From NCBI RefSeq assembly GCF_009914755.1, contig NC_060931.1: 64,000 nt of DNA; one strand, written 5' to 3'. The notes below the pieces were generated by a model. It did no database searches. It saw only the letters and a list, made by a program, of their open reading frames with translations, and was not told the DNA's origin. Origin of the DNA: the human T2T-CHM13v2.0 reference genome, Homo sapiens. Both the position numbers and the translations under genes were made by a program. Below, piece after piece: positions 26,831-38,789 of the stretch; within the stretch, counting starts at the first letter, position 1; each line of letters begins with the position of its first letter.

Positions 26831-27211
26831 TGATGTGGTTTGTCTCTGTGTTTCCACTCAAACCTCATGTTGAATGGTAATTCCCAGGGTTGGGGGAGGG
26901 ACCTGGTGGGAGGTGACTGAATCATGGGGGCAGATTTCACCCTTGCTGTTCTTGTAAGAGTGAGTTCTCATGAGATCTGGTTGTTTAAATGTGTGTAGCA
27001 CTTCCTCTTTGGCTGTTTCTCTCCTGTTCTGCCATGTGAAGATTGTGCCTGCTTCCTCTTCACCTTCCTCCATGATTGTAAGTTTCCTGAGGCCTCTCAA
27101 GCCATGCTTCTTGTATAGCCTGCAAAACTTTGAGTCAGTTAAACCTCTTTTATTCATAAGTTACCCATTCTCAGGTATGTCTTTATAGCAGTGTGAAAAT
27201 AGACTAATACA
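26831..27211 (+). mobile_element. MSTA 3' LTR
   Basis: TGATGTGGTTTGTC...GACTAATACA; right TSD CTTGG identical to left. Confidence 0.93.
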
Positions 27212-27399
27212 CTTGGTATTGATGTCTGATTGTATACGACCCCCTAACCTTGCCCTGAAACTTATTAATATTGTTCTTAGGACAATGTTCACACTCCTTA
27301 GTAAACCATATGCCATGATTTGACACATGTTTATCTTTTCACGTTCATTTTTAGATACAGTCCCCATTCCTCAATCCAACTCTACAAAAGTTCTGTGCA

Positions 27400-27780
27400 T
27401 TAGCCATCTCAAACAACTTGCTTGTTGAATTGATGAACAAATTATAGTACATCCATACAATGGAATAATATTTAGCAACATAAAGGCATATGCTACTGAT
27501 GCACACAACATGAACAAACATCAGAAACTTTATATTGATACCCAGACACATGATTTCATTAACATGAAATTCGAAACCAGGCAAAACCAATTTATGGTAA
27601 TACAAATTAGAACAGAGATTGACTATGATTGGAAGGAACTGACTGAAAGGGATACAGGCGATCTTTCTTGTAGGGGGTGGTGACGATGTTCTATATCCTG
27701 ATTGGGGTGTGAAGGACACAGTTGAATATGTTTGCCAAAATTCATTCAAGTGTACATTTTACTATATGTAAATTTTACCG
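27400..27780 (+). mobile_element. L1ME-type 3' end
   Basis: ATCCATACAATGGAATAATATTTAGCAACATAAA...ATGTTCTATATCCTGATTGGGGTG; tail converted to (AAC)n. Confidence 0.75.

Positions 27781-27819
<39 letters not shown>
27781..27819. repeat. (AAC)13 microsatellite
   Basis: Directly visible. Confidence 0.97.
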
Positions 27820-27821
<2 letters not shown>

Positions 27822-28369
27822 AACACAACTTTCTCTTTATAGATCAAGTTATGCTGTGTCAGGTCTCCACTCATTTGCTCATGCCCTCTGCAGGGAATTC
27901 TTATCTCCACCCTCAACAGCACCTTTCTGTTCCACTAGTTTATAAAACTCAGATAAAGAGATTCCTCCTCTGAAGCATTTCTTGACATTTCCCAGTACCA
28001 ATCAGGCGAATTGTCTCTGCCCTTGTACAGAGGGTAGTACATTCTTTGTGTTCTCTTCACAAGTTCCTTAATTAGAAGGTACTGGGCATTTTTATGCATA
28101 CTCCATGAATATATCATCTATAATTGTTGAATAATTATCCATAAATAACTATGCAGTAATGATAACTGTTCAACAACTACAACTAGTAATCTTTAGGTTA
28201 TAGTTTCAGCCATTCTCAGGAAGTTCTTTTCTCAGCTATTTTCTTCACCATCCTCTTATGGTGTGAATCTTCTGGTGAGATAGTTTTCTACACTTTCCTC
28301 TACATGCTGCCTGTCTTTTCAGGAGACTCTCGGATGGTAGAAAGGCTAAAGAGTCACACAGACTCCCAC

Positions 28370-28550
28370 AAGACTGGCTTCCCTCATGAGCTGTATGACC
28401 TTGGGACAGTAACTCAGTTTTGCTGGGTCTTGGTTTTTTCTTGCCTGAGATGGAGATAATAGTGTCCAACTCTTGACATTATGAGGAATAAATGCAAACA
28501 TAGTTAACAGCTCACAGTCTAGGACTTGGCCACAATAGGTGCTGCATAAA
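28370..28550 (+). mobile_element. MIR SINE
   Basis: AGCTGTATGACCTTGGGACAGTAACTCAG...GGAGATAATAG. Confidence 0.7.
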
Positions 28551-28924
28551 TAGCCCCTAGGGTCTGCTGCTGGCCTGATTAGATCATTGCTTTTCACTAA
28601 TACGGGCTCTGTGGCTTGTTAGGCTTGCTGCCCACTGCTGGCCTGGTTTCAGTTGTGCTGTCTGCTGGTCAGATAGATATCTGCACCAAGAGCAATCATA
28701 GCTTTTCCTATGTTTCCTGACTGTTGAGGCAAGTGAGGTTATAGAGAGTTTCGGAGTTCTCCTTGGCTAAGTTGGCTTACATTTTGTTTGTTTTTAAGTA
28801 CAAGCATACCTTCTATAATAGGTATTGGAGCTTTCCTCTTGAGTCATATCTTCTCTGTTTACAAGGTAAATGTGTCTAGTTTCCCAGCTAGTCACCCATA
28901 GTTGTGCCTTTCATGAAGTAACAC

Positions 28925-29102
28925 CTCTGATCTTCTTTGGGGTACGTTTTATTGACTACCGAAGGCCATGCAGCACTGGGACGTTGATAGCACAGCCCTG
29001 CTCAGGTGTCTGCCTTGCCTCCCAGCAAGGGAAAATCCTCTTTCCTAAAGGGTAGTTTCAGATATATCTTAGGGATCAATGTCTCATCATTCTCATCATC
29101 AT
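28925..29102 (-). other. Candidate terminal exon (unverified)
   Basis: Minus strand: branch point GCTAAT, TTGACTGCTTTTGTCAG acceptor at 29103, phase-1 open frame to TGA at 29004-29002, AATAAA at 28953-28948. Signals only, no transcript evidence. Confidence 0.25.
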
Positions 29103-30429
29103 CTGACAAAAGCAGTCAAATTAGCAGAGGCTATTGTTGGCAAGCTACATCATCACCCTCCTTTTATAAGTCAGTTGGAGGGATGAGGTATGGTGAGGAT
29201 GAACTCTCCTAGAATCAGGGCTCAGGATCCTTGCTGTGAAAAATCAGAGATAAGAATAACAACATATATGACAAAATTTCAGTTTCTCTCTTAAATAAAC
29301 ACACATATGTTGTTGGCACTATTGTTAAATCATGGAGATTGGACTAACTTTTCAACCCATACATAGAATGAAGAGAGGGGACATATATTTTCCTGAGGTT
29401 AATAGCTGACACTAGTGGTCAGGAACATAACTTGTTAAATGAAAGGGAGAAAAGACATAAGAAGAGAGGAAAATGATGTGCAAGGAGATGAGAGAATAGA
29501 AATTACATAGAATTACTGTTTTACTGGTGGGAAAAGCAGTAAGGGGTCACACGGCCTGTCTCCTATGCCTTCCAGAAGAAAGGAAGACAGCTCTTGGAAG
29601 AAGACACCTCTGGCACTGTCTCCTTAGTAAGGCTGTTTGTGCAGAATCCTAGGTGGGGAGGAGTGTAAGGAGCAGCTATGCAGAAGGGGAGAAAGAAGGC
29701 AAGAAGAAGCTCACTGTCTCCATGGAAAGAATCCTAGAAAGGAAGGTGGTGGATTACGTGAAATGGTTGAACCCCTTCCTTTAAATTAACCTGCAAATGC
29801 CTCTGTAATAATTCACAGGGCACCTCAGAGGATTCCATATTTGATTGGCAGCATGTGGAGGAATAGATCCCCTTAAGGCACCATTTTGTAGGAAGGGCTT
29901 CTTGCCCCATCTGTCCATCCCCTGATCCCGAGTTACAGCTGCTGCAGACACTTTCAATCACGTGGTACAAATATCCACTTAGACACTCTTATAAGTTTAG
30001 GTTTTATAAAGACAACATTAAATGTGACTAGGTGAGAAGCTGAATTCATGTATATAGTCATTGTTTTTAATTAATATACTACTTAATAAACAGAAATATT
30101 AAACTTTATACATATGGTAAACTGTATTATGACTCACAGAATTGTTATGGTATTATTGACAACTAAGGAATTGGACACTAAAGGAATGTTCTCTTCTGGA
30201 TCTAGTGTGTGTCTTTTTAAAAATTTTTGTGTGTATGATGATCCTCTTTTGTGTTCCGCATGATTCTTGCAGAATCATGTGTTTCTTGAGTCAGGCTTGA
30301 TTAATTGTGAAAATTCTCAATGGTTTGATAAAAATAAAATTAAAATTAAAATTAAAAAATTACAGCCTTTGTAACAGCACCATCAGTTCTTAATTTACTG
30401 CTTTGGATGTTTGACATGAGGGACCCCTT

Positions 30430-30665
30430 AACAACAGCAACAATAATGGGAAACGCTTATCTATTCTACGCACTCCATGTGTGTGAACAACTTAATTTAA
30501 CAAAAACTTCATGAGGTAATAGCTTTTGCTATCCCCATTTTATTATTGGGAAATTTAGGTACAGAGATGTAGAGTAACTTGCTCAAGGTCTCTGTGCTGG
30601 TAATTGGTAGAGGGGTTGAACCTGGGCAGTCTGAATCCAGAACCTGTGCCTTTAACCACCATTTA
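30430..30665 (-). mobile_element. MIR SINE
   Basis: ATCCCCATTTTA...AGTAACTTGCTCAAGGTC...GAACCTGGGCAGTCTGAATCCAGA. Confidence 0.8.
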
Positions 30666-31179
30666 CCTCTTAAAAGCTTCATTTTTCCCAAAAGCATCTT
30701 TGAAACCTGGCTGTTAGTATTATCTGGAATGGTTTCTGTCCTCTACCTAGTAATCAGAAGAATTCCATGGGTCATCCTGTGTGTTGACAAAAGATTTAAC
30801 ATCCAACAAGACTGATACATGGTAAAGCTAATCCTACTATGCAGAAGTCTTTTTATCTTTTTTTTTTTTTACTTTTCCACAACAGCCAAAGTCTCTATAA
30901 CCTGCTGTAACTTTTAAATTCAATAAATAGATTTTCATTCCTGTTTGTATGTGCTACAAATTAAATAATCAATTTTTTTTGCCTTAATATGCATGTAATC
31001 CAAAGAACAGGATAGGATATAGTCAAAGTTTGGCATAGCACACAGGGGAGGGGGATGAGGAGTTGGAGAGAGCCCATCTGGATGTGTCTCATCCACATCT
31101 GGCTAGGGAGAACAGCTAGGGAGAGAAATGATGATGGTACCTTGATGCAGATGTTGAAAGTGGGAGAGAGAGTTCACAA

Positions 31180-31400
31180 ATGGGCAGGGAATAAAGCATA
31201 GCTAAGTCTGGCATCTGTCTCATAAGAAATAAAGGAGTGATAGGAAGGAAGGAGCAGTGAAGTGAGTTTTGAGCCTGACCTTGAAAGAAATGATGGATTT
31301 GGACAGATAGTATGATACAGGGTAATCTGTATGGGTGAAAATATGAGCAACGTTTGGAGGGAAAAATGACCAAGATGTGGGGAATCTGCAGTAGTTCTCC
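31180..31400 (-). mobile_element. L2 fragment
   Basis: GAAGTGAGTTTTGAGCCTGACCTTGAAAGAAATGATGGATTTGGACAG, antisense L2 3' region. Confidence 0.55.
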
Positions 31401-32221
31401 TCATTTTTCACCGGATGTAGCAATCTCTATTATTATGGTTATTGGTTTTTGGCTTCTGAGATAATTTTAACTTATTTTTAGAAATTTTATTACAGCTTTA
31501 TCTTCATTGTGACCAGATGTGAGCAGACTCCAAGCAATTGGAATTGTCTGGATATATTAGAGTGTGTGTATAGCAGACACATAAGTCAGACGTAGACTGT
31601 GTTAGATTATCAACAAATGCCAAAACACTTTGCACAAATGACAAAAACAAGAAACAAATTAAAAGCCCTATGAAGATTAATTGTTAATTTATGTAGCTAT
31701 TACATGTAGTACCATCTAGTTTAGTAAGTTGTTGTATATTTCTTATAAAATCACTGTCTTGTAAGCTAATGCTACTCATTTTTGGTCATTAATTTGCCCT
31801 TCTCTATGAGAACTAAGAGCCTTATAAAGCAATAGAATTAAAAAGACTCGAGAGACAACTGAATCCAATCTTTGCATTTATGCAAATAGTCAAATAGAGG
31901 CTTAACGACATGAAATTATCGTCTTACGGTCACACAACTGGTTATCATCAGGTCTGATGCTAGAATTTTGTTGTCCTGACACTAAATGTCCTCTTTGGTG
32001 GCCTCTCTGGTGCCAATTTGAATTCAACATCTTAAGAAACTGGTATTGATTACATTATACATTATACACAAACAGTATGCTATGTTATAAGTCACATGAA
32101 GACTTTATGGAACAAAATAAAATATAACCAAAATTGAACTTTTGATCTATAACACATTAGAGAGATTGAAATTAGAAGCAAAGAAATATAAATATGAGAG
32201 TATTTTAGGGGTCTCGAATTA

Positions 32222-32256
32222 AAAACAAAACAAAACAAAACAAAACAAAACAAAAA
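32222..32256. repeat. (AAAAC)n pentanucleotide repeat
   Basis: Directly visible. Confidence 0.95.
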
Positions 32257-32325
32257 CGAAAAACTCGGACTAGTAGTAAACCAAAGTAGTAGATTCTTCA
32301 TCAGGGAGTGATGTGATTCTTTTGC

Positions 32326-32516
32326 TGTTCTAGAAAGATAGAATGATCTTTCTAGAACACCATAAGAATATATATCTTATGGCATATCTTCTATATATGA
32401 ATAAGACATACCATATATACGGTATGTCTTGCCATATATAGTAATAAGATATACCATAAGATATATATAAGAATATTCATATATGGCCATTTATCTTTGG
32501 CCATATTCATATATGG
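32326..32516. repeat. Cluster of AT-rich inverted repeats (fold-back insertion)
   Basis: Perfect 14-bp stem 32326-32339/32346-32359; ~100-bp imperfect palindrome 32368-32468; direct repeat ATATTCATATATGG at 32473 and 32503. Confidence 0.9.
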
Positions 32517-33353
32517 TCAAAATGCCAGAAGGAAACCAAGAGAGGAAAAATGGTACCAGAGGCTTCTGATGTACGCTAGGCTTGACAGGATGGTGTACCT
32601 TACAGGGATGGTGGCAGCTCTGGACCACTCTTATTATGACCGGATAAAGGCAAGAATGGGGAAAAGTGAAAGATTATTTGCCATGTTTCCTAATCAAGGC
32701 TTTGAAATGTATGAAGATTTGAAAAATGTAGCCACCCAAGCTTCAACTTTTATGATTCTGACTTTGTCTTGGGTGGATCCATCCTTCCATTGTAATAGTG
32801 TGTATGAAATGATAAGTGAGAATTGTGGGAACCAACAGAGAAAAGATATCTTTTAAAAAGCAGATTTAGAGATTCTTAGATATATAAAAGCAATTGTATT
32901 CCTTTACTTTGATAAGTTGTTTAACAAGTTGCACAAATAATGGCCGCTACCAGTTAATGTTATCCTTACAGATAACAAAGGTTAGGCTTAAACACTCCCA
33001 AACTACCAACTAGGCTTATCCATTTAGAAATGAGTAAATATTAAAAACTCAAGGATTATTTGCTTTTGAGTGTACATTTATTTGTATTTCATCTTTATTT
33101 CCTTTCTCTGTTTTCATTCTCTTCCCCAAATCCTTTGGTACTCCCTAATTTTTCTTTTAATAGATATATACCATTCTGTCCTTGCTCAGGGTCCTCTTTG
33201 CAGATAGCTTCCTCTGGGAGGAGGACAGAAAGGGAAACTAATGGTGCCAAACCACGTACCTGAATGAGAAGAGAAACAAAGTATTATGACTGCTTGATTT
33301 TAGGGCACTAGAGTGGTAGGATTTGTTTACAAGCACAGATTCTTGTCTCTGTC

Positions 33354-33737
33354 TACATCATTAATTTTCACACTGCTATAAATAACTTACCCAAAAATGG
33401 GTAATTTATAAAGAAAAGAGGTTTAATTGACTCACAGTTCCACATGGCTGAGGAGGACTCAGGAAACTTACAATCATGGTGGAAGGGGAAGCAGGCGCAT
33501 ATTACATGGTGGTAGGAGACAGAGTGTCTGAGAGCATAGGCAAAAACTACCATTTATAAAACCATCAGATCTTGTGAGAATTCATTCACTATTGTGAGAA
33601 CAGCATGGGGGAAACTGCCCCTATAATCCAATCACCTCCCTCCCTCGACATGTGGGGATCATAGGTCCCTCCCCTAACATGTGGGCATTACAATTTGAGA
33701 TGAGATTTGGGTGGGGATACAGGGCCAAATCATATTA
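33354..33737 (-). mobile_element. THE1D-type MaLR solo LTR
   Basis: CACACTGCTATA...GGAAACTTACAATCATGG...GCCAAATCATATTA; low-coordinate terminus degenerate. Confidence 0.9.
33624..33634 (+). promoter_or_regulatory. DUX4 consensus motif in THE1D U3
   Basis: TAATCCAATCA matches TAAYYBAATCA exactly, ~65 bp upstream of the LTR TATAAA (minus 33558-33553); binding not shown. Confidence 0.55.
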
Positions 33738-33899
33738 ACCTAATTCATCTGCTCTACTTTAGACATTCTGATCTGAAAATCTTGCTGTAAAATGTAGAAG
33801 AGTCATGGAAGGGCTCTTTAATCTTTTAAAGATTACCACTCACTCTTTTGCATTTCAGGATTATGTGTATCTCAGCCTCTACTTTGTAAACTCTGAAGG

Positions 33900-34240
33900 T
33901 ACAGGCTGAAGATTCACAAATTCAGGTCTTCATCTTGGGCTTCTCTGAACTCCACACTTACATATTCAACATCACCACTTGTACCTGTAACAAGCATCTC
34001 ACTTTTAATGCATGCATAACTGAGTCTGTTAATTTTCCCCCAAAGCCTGCTTCCCCATTCCTACTCCTCCTGACTTCCCCATCTTGATTATTTACAAGTT
34101 CATTCATACAGTCCTTTGGAACAAAAACACACGAATAAAGAAAACCCTGGAGTCATTCTTGACTAGTTTCTTTCATTCACCTTTCACATCTAATTTGTGA
34201 ACCAGCAAATTCCATCCTCTAAATCTTCAAAATATACCCA
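33900..34240 (+). mobile_element. L2 fragment
   Basis: TGAAGATTCACAAATTC...AACAAGCATCTCAC...CCCTGGAGTCATTCTTGAC...CTTCAAAATATACCCAG. Confidence 0.7.
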
Positions 34241-34960
34241 GGCTTCCAGGTATGATAAACTGGCTTGGCGCTAACTAATCCTCCCAGTGAGAGCAACCAG
34301 AAAATCTGAATAAAATACAGAAAGGCATCTGCTTAGAGTCATTGGATGGCTACCAAGGCAGTCAGGATTTGAGAAGTCATAATCCTAGAGTAAAGGGAAT
34401 TGCAGAGAAGTTGTCTTGTATGCCACTTTTCCTCTTGAGGCAGTGCAGGCCAGGAGGTAGAGAGGCTAAGCAGAAAGCAGCCATCTCCGCAGCTGGTAGT
34501 GCTGCGGAGATAAAACTGAAGGTAGGGTCTGCCAGGTAGACGGGTCCAGATCCTTAGTTGACAGCCTTAAAGGACTGCATGCAAAGAATAAGAGAAAATC
34601 AGAATTAGAATAACCCTGATAAAGATTGAAACCTTCAAGTCAATCAACTTAAACTCTGATTGAGATAATGGTCCTGCTCCTACTCCAGCTCCCTCCCAGA
34701 AGCTTAAGAAGCCCTCTTTGGAGACAGAACTCACCCTTTTGGATCTTTTATGACTTTTGTGTACAATGTCCTGACACATTACTAGACAAGACCACTGGAA
34801 GAAATAGAAAACAGAAACACCTAAGGTGATTCAGATATTGAAATGTAAAATAATTCTAAAAATTATGTTCAAGAAAAAGAGAAAAGAAAATGGAGAATTT
34901 CCCTGGAGAACCAAAATCTATAATAAAGAATAAATGAACATTCAAGAATCAAAAATCATC
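34241..34960 (+). mobile_element. Old L1M/HAL1-type 5' UTR and ORF1 fragment
   Basis: AACCAGAAAATCTGAATAAAATA, GGCTACCAAGGCAGTCAGGA and an A-rich ORF1-like end (AATGGAGAATTTC...AAGAATAAATGAACATTCAAGAA). Confidence 0.55.
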
Positions 34961-35499
34961 CTTTCCTGATAGTGATAATTTTTTAAATGCCCTCTCTTTT
35001 TTTCTTGATAAATTAATGGTTTTAAAAATTTTGTTAGGCATCTCCAAGAACATACTTTGGTTTTATTAATTATTTCTAGAGAAACATATTTTAATTATAG
35101 GTTTATTTCCAATAGGCAGCTATATGTAACCCAGTAAAGTACTCTAGGATTCAGTTATTACATCTGAAAAAAATGCAGGTTTTAGATTAAATGAGTATTT
35201 ACAGAACTTGTGTAAAATGTTGGGTTTGAGTTGTGAAGAGAAAAACTATGTTGAAATGTGCTATAGACAGGTGGAAATTCAGAAGTGGGCTTAGGAGAGA
35301 AGTCTGGGCTAGACTTGTAGGTTATTTTAGTCATTTGCCAAGAAGTGGTAGTTAAAACCAAGAGGGTGGATAGAATCACCAAAAAAGAAAGTGAAGAGGT
35401 GAAAGGAGTAGAAAAGCAGATCTTCCAATCTTTGTATTTCAAATCAGCTTTCTTAATCAATCCCAAAGCTTGATCACCAGCTGAACTACTATAATATAA

Positions 35500-35687
35500 T
35501 GGCAGGAAAATAGGGTGGAATGGGAAGCTACTAATCAATGGGTGTAAGTTTCTATTAAGCAAGATAAACAAGCTCTAGAGTTCTGCTGTACAACATTGTA
35601 CCTATAGTCTACAGTAATGCATTGTACAATTAAGAATTTAAGAGGATAAATCACGTTACATTTTCTTACCACAATAAAATAAAAAGA
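35500..35687 (+). mobile_element. L1MA/MB 3' end
   Basis: GCAAGATAAACAAGCTCTAGAGTTCTGCTGTACAACATTGTACCTATAG...TCTTACCACAATAAAA. Confidence 0.8.
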
Positions 35688-36989
35688 CAGAATTATTAAA
35701 GAGAAAAAACTCCACACATCCTTCCCTTGCAAAAATGAAACAGTTTATGTTTTCCTAAATGATTTTCTTTTTCTTTTTAAGACACTTTTTCTAACAGAGG
35801 GAATATGTGGATGTATGTATATATGAGTGGATGATATACTTCAAAAGAGTAGGGTTCTTGAGATAGGCAAAAGAAAAATGGCTTCTAAAGATACGGTGAA
35901 AAGCAAAGATTGTACAGTTTTCATCTGTGGGATCAATTAATTTAAGGGCAAAATTATTGCACTGGCCTACATTATAGATGAATCTAAGGGACACTGACAC
36001 CAGGGCATAAGAAGATTTCCATGGACCTGTAATTTCAAAGCAGGTGTGGTTTCTTGAAAAATAAAGCATCTATTAAAGGTATATATTTATCACAACTGAA
36101 ATATTTTCAAGTGTTGTGTTTTAGTCTTTCACATCTGTGTCATGTCCAAGATTCAATGCTTTTAATTTCTTGAGCAGATCAACCATAAATACTATGTGAA
36201 CTTGATGACATGTTAGTCAATGGCCTCTAATCTCAAATTGAAAACTGTGCTGATCTGGCATGCTGTGTAAGACATTTTCATCTCTCTGGTATTATCAAAA
36301 CCCCGACATGCTTTTAAAAAATTGTTAAAATTAACTACGACACTTGCTTTAGTATACACATTGCCTTATAATTTACAATGTATTTGCCATGCTGAAAGAT
36401 TGATTTCAGATAGGTCTAGCTTGTCTGGCTGGGGAGAAAAAATTGTCATTCTGTTTTATGGAATAAAGCAAGATTCCACAAGACACATTCAGTTAAAATG
36501 AAGCAAAAACCGCAATGTTTGAGAATGGTAATGCCTTGTGTTATCTAGATTTATTGATCAAAATAAAATCAGTGTTCCATTTCAAATCAGCCTGCAGTAG
36601 CATGCTCTTTTCAACAGCCACATTTTTTTGAAAAGCTTCCACTGCATCCCTCCACCTCTTTTGTGCTGAAAAAATCTTATAGAATTGCATACTACCTGGA
36701 AGATTATTGAGTTGGTTTCTACTAGAAAGTGGTCCAATGAATTAAAGACCCATAGGTAGAAAAGCTTTTGAAAGTTGCTTTCTTAGCACCTGAAATTTCA
36801 AGGACTTTCCATTCAACTCAACAGGTTATATTGGAATAATCTAATATTACTTTAAAAATTGTAGCCTTAAACACTATGTAAAATGTTCTTCCATATAGAC
36901 TCTTAAAACCTTTTCTTTTGTGGGAGATTATGTAAATAAGCTGTTAATTTTTAACTTAACAAAACAGGAGAGAAAAAGAAAAGAAAATG

Positions 36990-37285
36990 ATACCTATTCT
37001 GGTAAACTATTGCTGCAAACTACCACAAAAGAACAAGCATTTTATTTCTTTTCAAAATCATATGGGCCAGGAATTCAGGCAGAGTTTGGCTGGGTGATCT
37101 GCATGATGCTGATTGAGATTACTTAGTGGTACTCAGCTGGCAGATGGACCGGGCTGGAGGTTCCCAGATGTTTTCACTTGCATATCTGGCATATTGGTGT
37201 GGATGGTTGGAAGCCTTGTCTTACAGGGCTTTCACCTTTTAATGAGAGTAGTTGCAAAGAACTTACAATTATCTTTAACACAGCA
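36990..37285 (-). mobile_element. MLT1(H/I-like) LTR remnant
   Basis: GGGCCAGGAATTCAGGCAGAGTTTGGCTGGG...GGGCTGGAGGTTCCCAGATG. Confidence 0.6.
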
Positions 37286-37291
37286 AACACA

Positions 37292-37717
37292 GTGTCAGTA
37301 TGGATCCTTCAAGAAGCCAAGATGGGGATTAGATATGCAAGAGACTTATTGAGGGGAAACACCTGTGAAAAATAAAGAAGGTGGAAGCAGGATAAGTCTT
37401 CAGACCACAATCTAGGTCTGACATCTAAAAAAGAAAAGAGAGAAAGAATTGAGTAGGAAAATACTCAAACTTCAATGCAATTCTGGCTATGTCTCAGCTC
37501 TGAGCCAAAGTTTCCCATGACGGGGCTTCCTGTGGCAGGCAGAAATGGGCTGGATCCAGCACTCCCACTGTGCTGAGTCATTGGCTGGGAGCAGACTGAG
37601 GAAAGTATTGCCTGGTGAATCCGAAGGGGCAGAAGTTGGAGCTTTCCATCAGCTATGTTTCCCACAGTAAGTTCTGCTGAATGGTAATGGAAGTGAGGCA
37701 CCTCTGTGGCCACCGTA
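37292..37717 (-). mobile_element. LTR16-like ERVL solo LTR
   Basis: GATTAGATATGCAAGAGACTTATTG...TTCAGACCACAATCTAGGTCTGACA...CTGAGTCATTGGCTGGGAGCAG...CTGTGGCCACC. Confidence 0.7.
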
Positions 37718-38519
37718 TTTACCCAGGTAAGCAATGCATAAATAAGACTGGGAAGACAAGGTATGGCAATAAGATGAGTAATTAGGTTTATTATAAATAA
37801 GTAAACAGCAATGTCTGAACTATTTCATATAGATGAGTAATGAAGAAGAACCATTGTCTTGATCAGCAGGGCTTGAGGGAGTCTGAGGAGTCACACTTGC
37901 TTCCTCCTTGCTGCCCAAAGAGAAAACAGCTGTAGTCTGGCTGCAGGCACTCAGTTCTTTGGCCAGGTTTATCTTCCAGGCCATTTCTGATTTATTGCAT
38001 AGCATTCTTGTCTTTGTCTTTCCACAGGTCACTGGCCTGGGCAGCAGCTGGGTGTGGGCTGAGAGCTTTGTTGGGATGCTTGGGGAATAGTGCTGTCATT
38101 GCTCTACAGAAATGTAAGAAAAATAATGCTGAATGCAGACCATAATACCATGCTAGGAACCATTATGCAAAATCACCCAGGCCAAAGCAATTCTATTTGA
38201 CTTATAAATTATGCCTAGAAGAAAGGCGAAAATAAAATTTCTAGGAGCTGGAATGTTAATTTTCTGCTTTGGCTCTTCAACTGGAACTGTCCAAATGACT
38301 TCCAGGACTGGAACTGCTTTTATTTTCTGCCTTTGAGTGCTTTTACATTTCTTCTCCAAGCAAGTCAGCACTGACTAAAGTGAATTATCCTTTGTTGTCT
38401 TCAGTAGTGACAGACCCTTCTGCCTAAGATCATGAAGAGGAGACAAATAGGAATTTGTCTTTGGTTCTTGTCCTGGAATGGAAAGCGATTTCTGTCAATT
38501 CTTGAGAGCAGAAGTTATT

Positions 38520-38678
38520 GGATTCATTTGGATGGTTTATTAAAAAAGCAGGCACCAGGGCTCCAGCCCTAGAGATTCTGGCTCTGCAGGTGTGGGATAG
38601 GGCCTGAAGCTTCTTTCCGTAATTTTAAAAAGTTTCACTGCTAAGTCTGGTGCACACTGAAGTTTGAGAATTATTGCT
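38520..38678. mobile_element. MER5A/B hAT-Charlie DNA transposon
   Basis: AGAGATTCTG...GGTGTGGGATAGGGCCTGA...AAGTTTGAGAATTATTGC. Confidence 0.7.
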
Positions 38679-38789
38679 GTCAAACCTACGTAAGAGAGAG
38701 GAAGCAGTTATAAGAATAATTCTCCATATCTGGTTAATCCACATTGCATTATTATATGTTAACTATGGACATAATGTATTTTCAAATAG

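Noticed and set aside
29550-29625. Possible 51-nt plus-strand exon KKGRQLLEEDTSGTVSL
   Set aside because: Weak donor (TTA|GTAAGG), no recognised homology, no partner exons.
30258-30278. 9-bp hairpin CATGATTCT-TGC-AGAATCATG
   Set aside because: Too short to exceed chance in 64 kb.
32497-32856. 119-aa ORF
   Set aside because: Non-ATG start in the palindromic insertion, runs through L2-like sequence, no recognisable domain.
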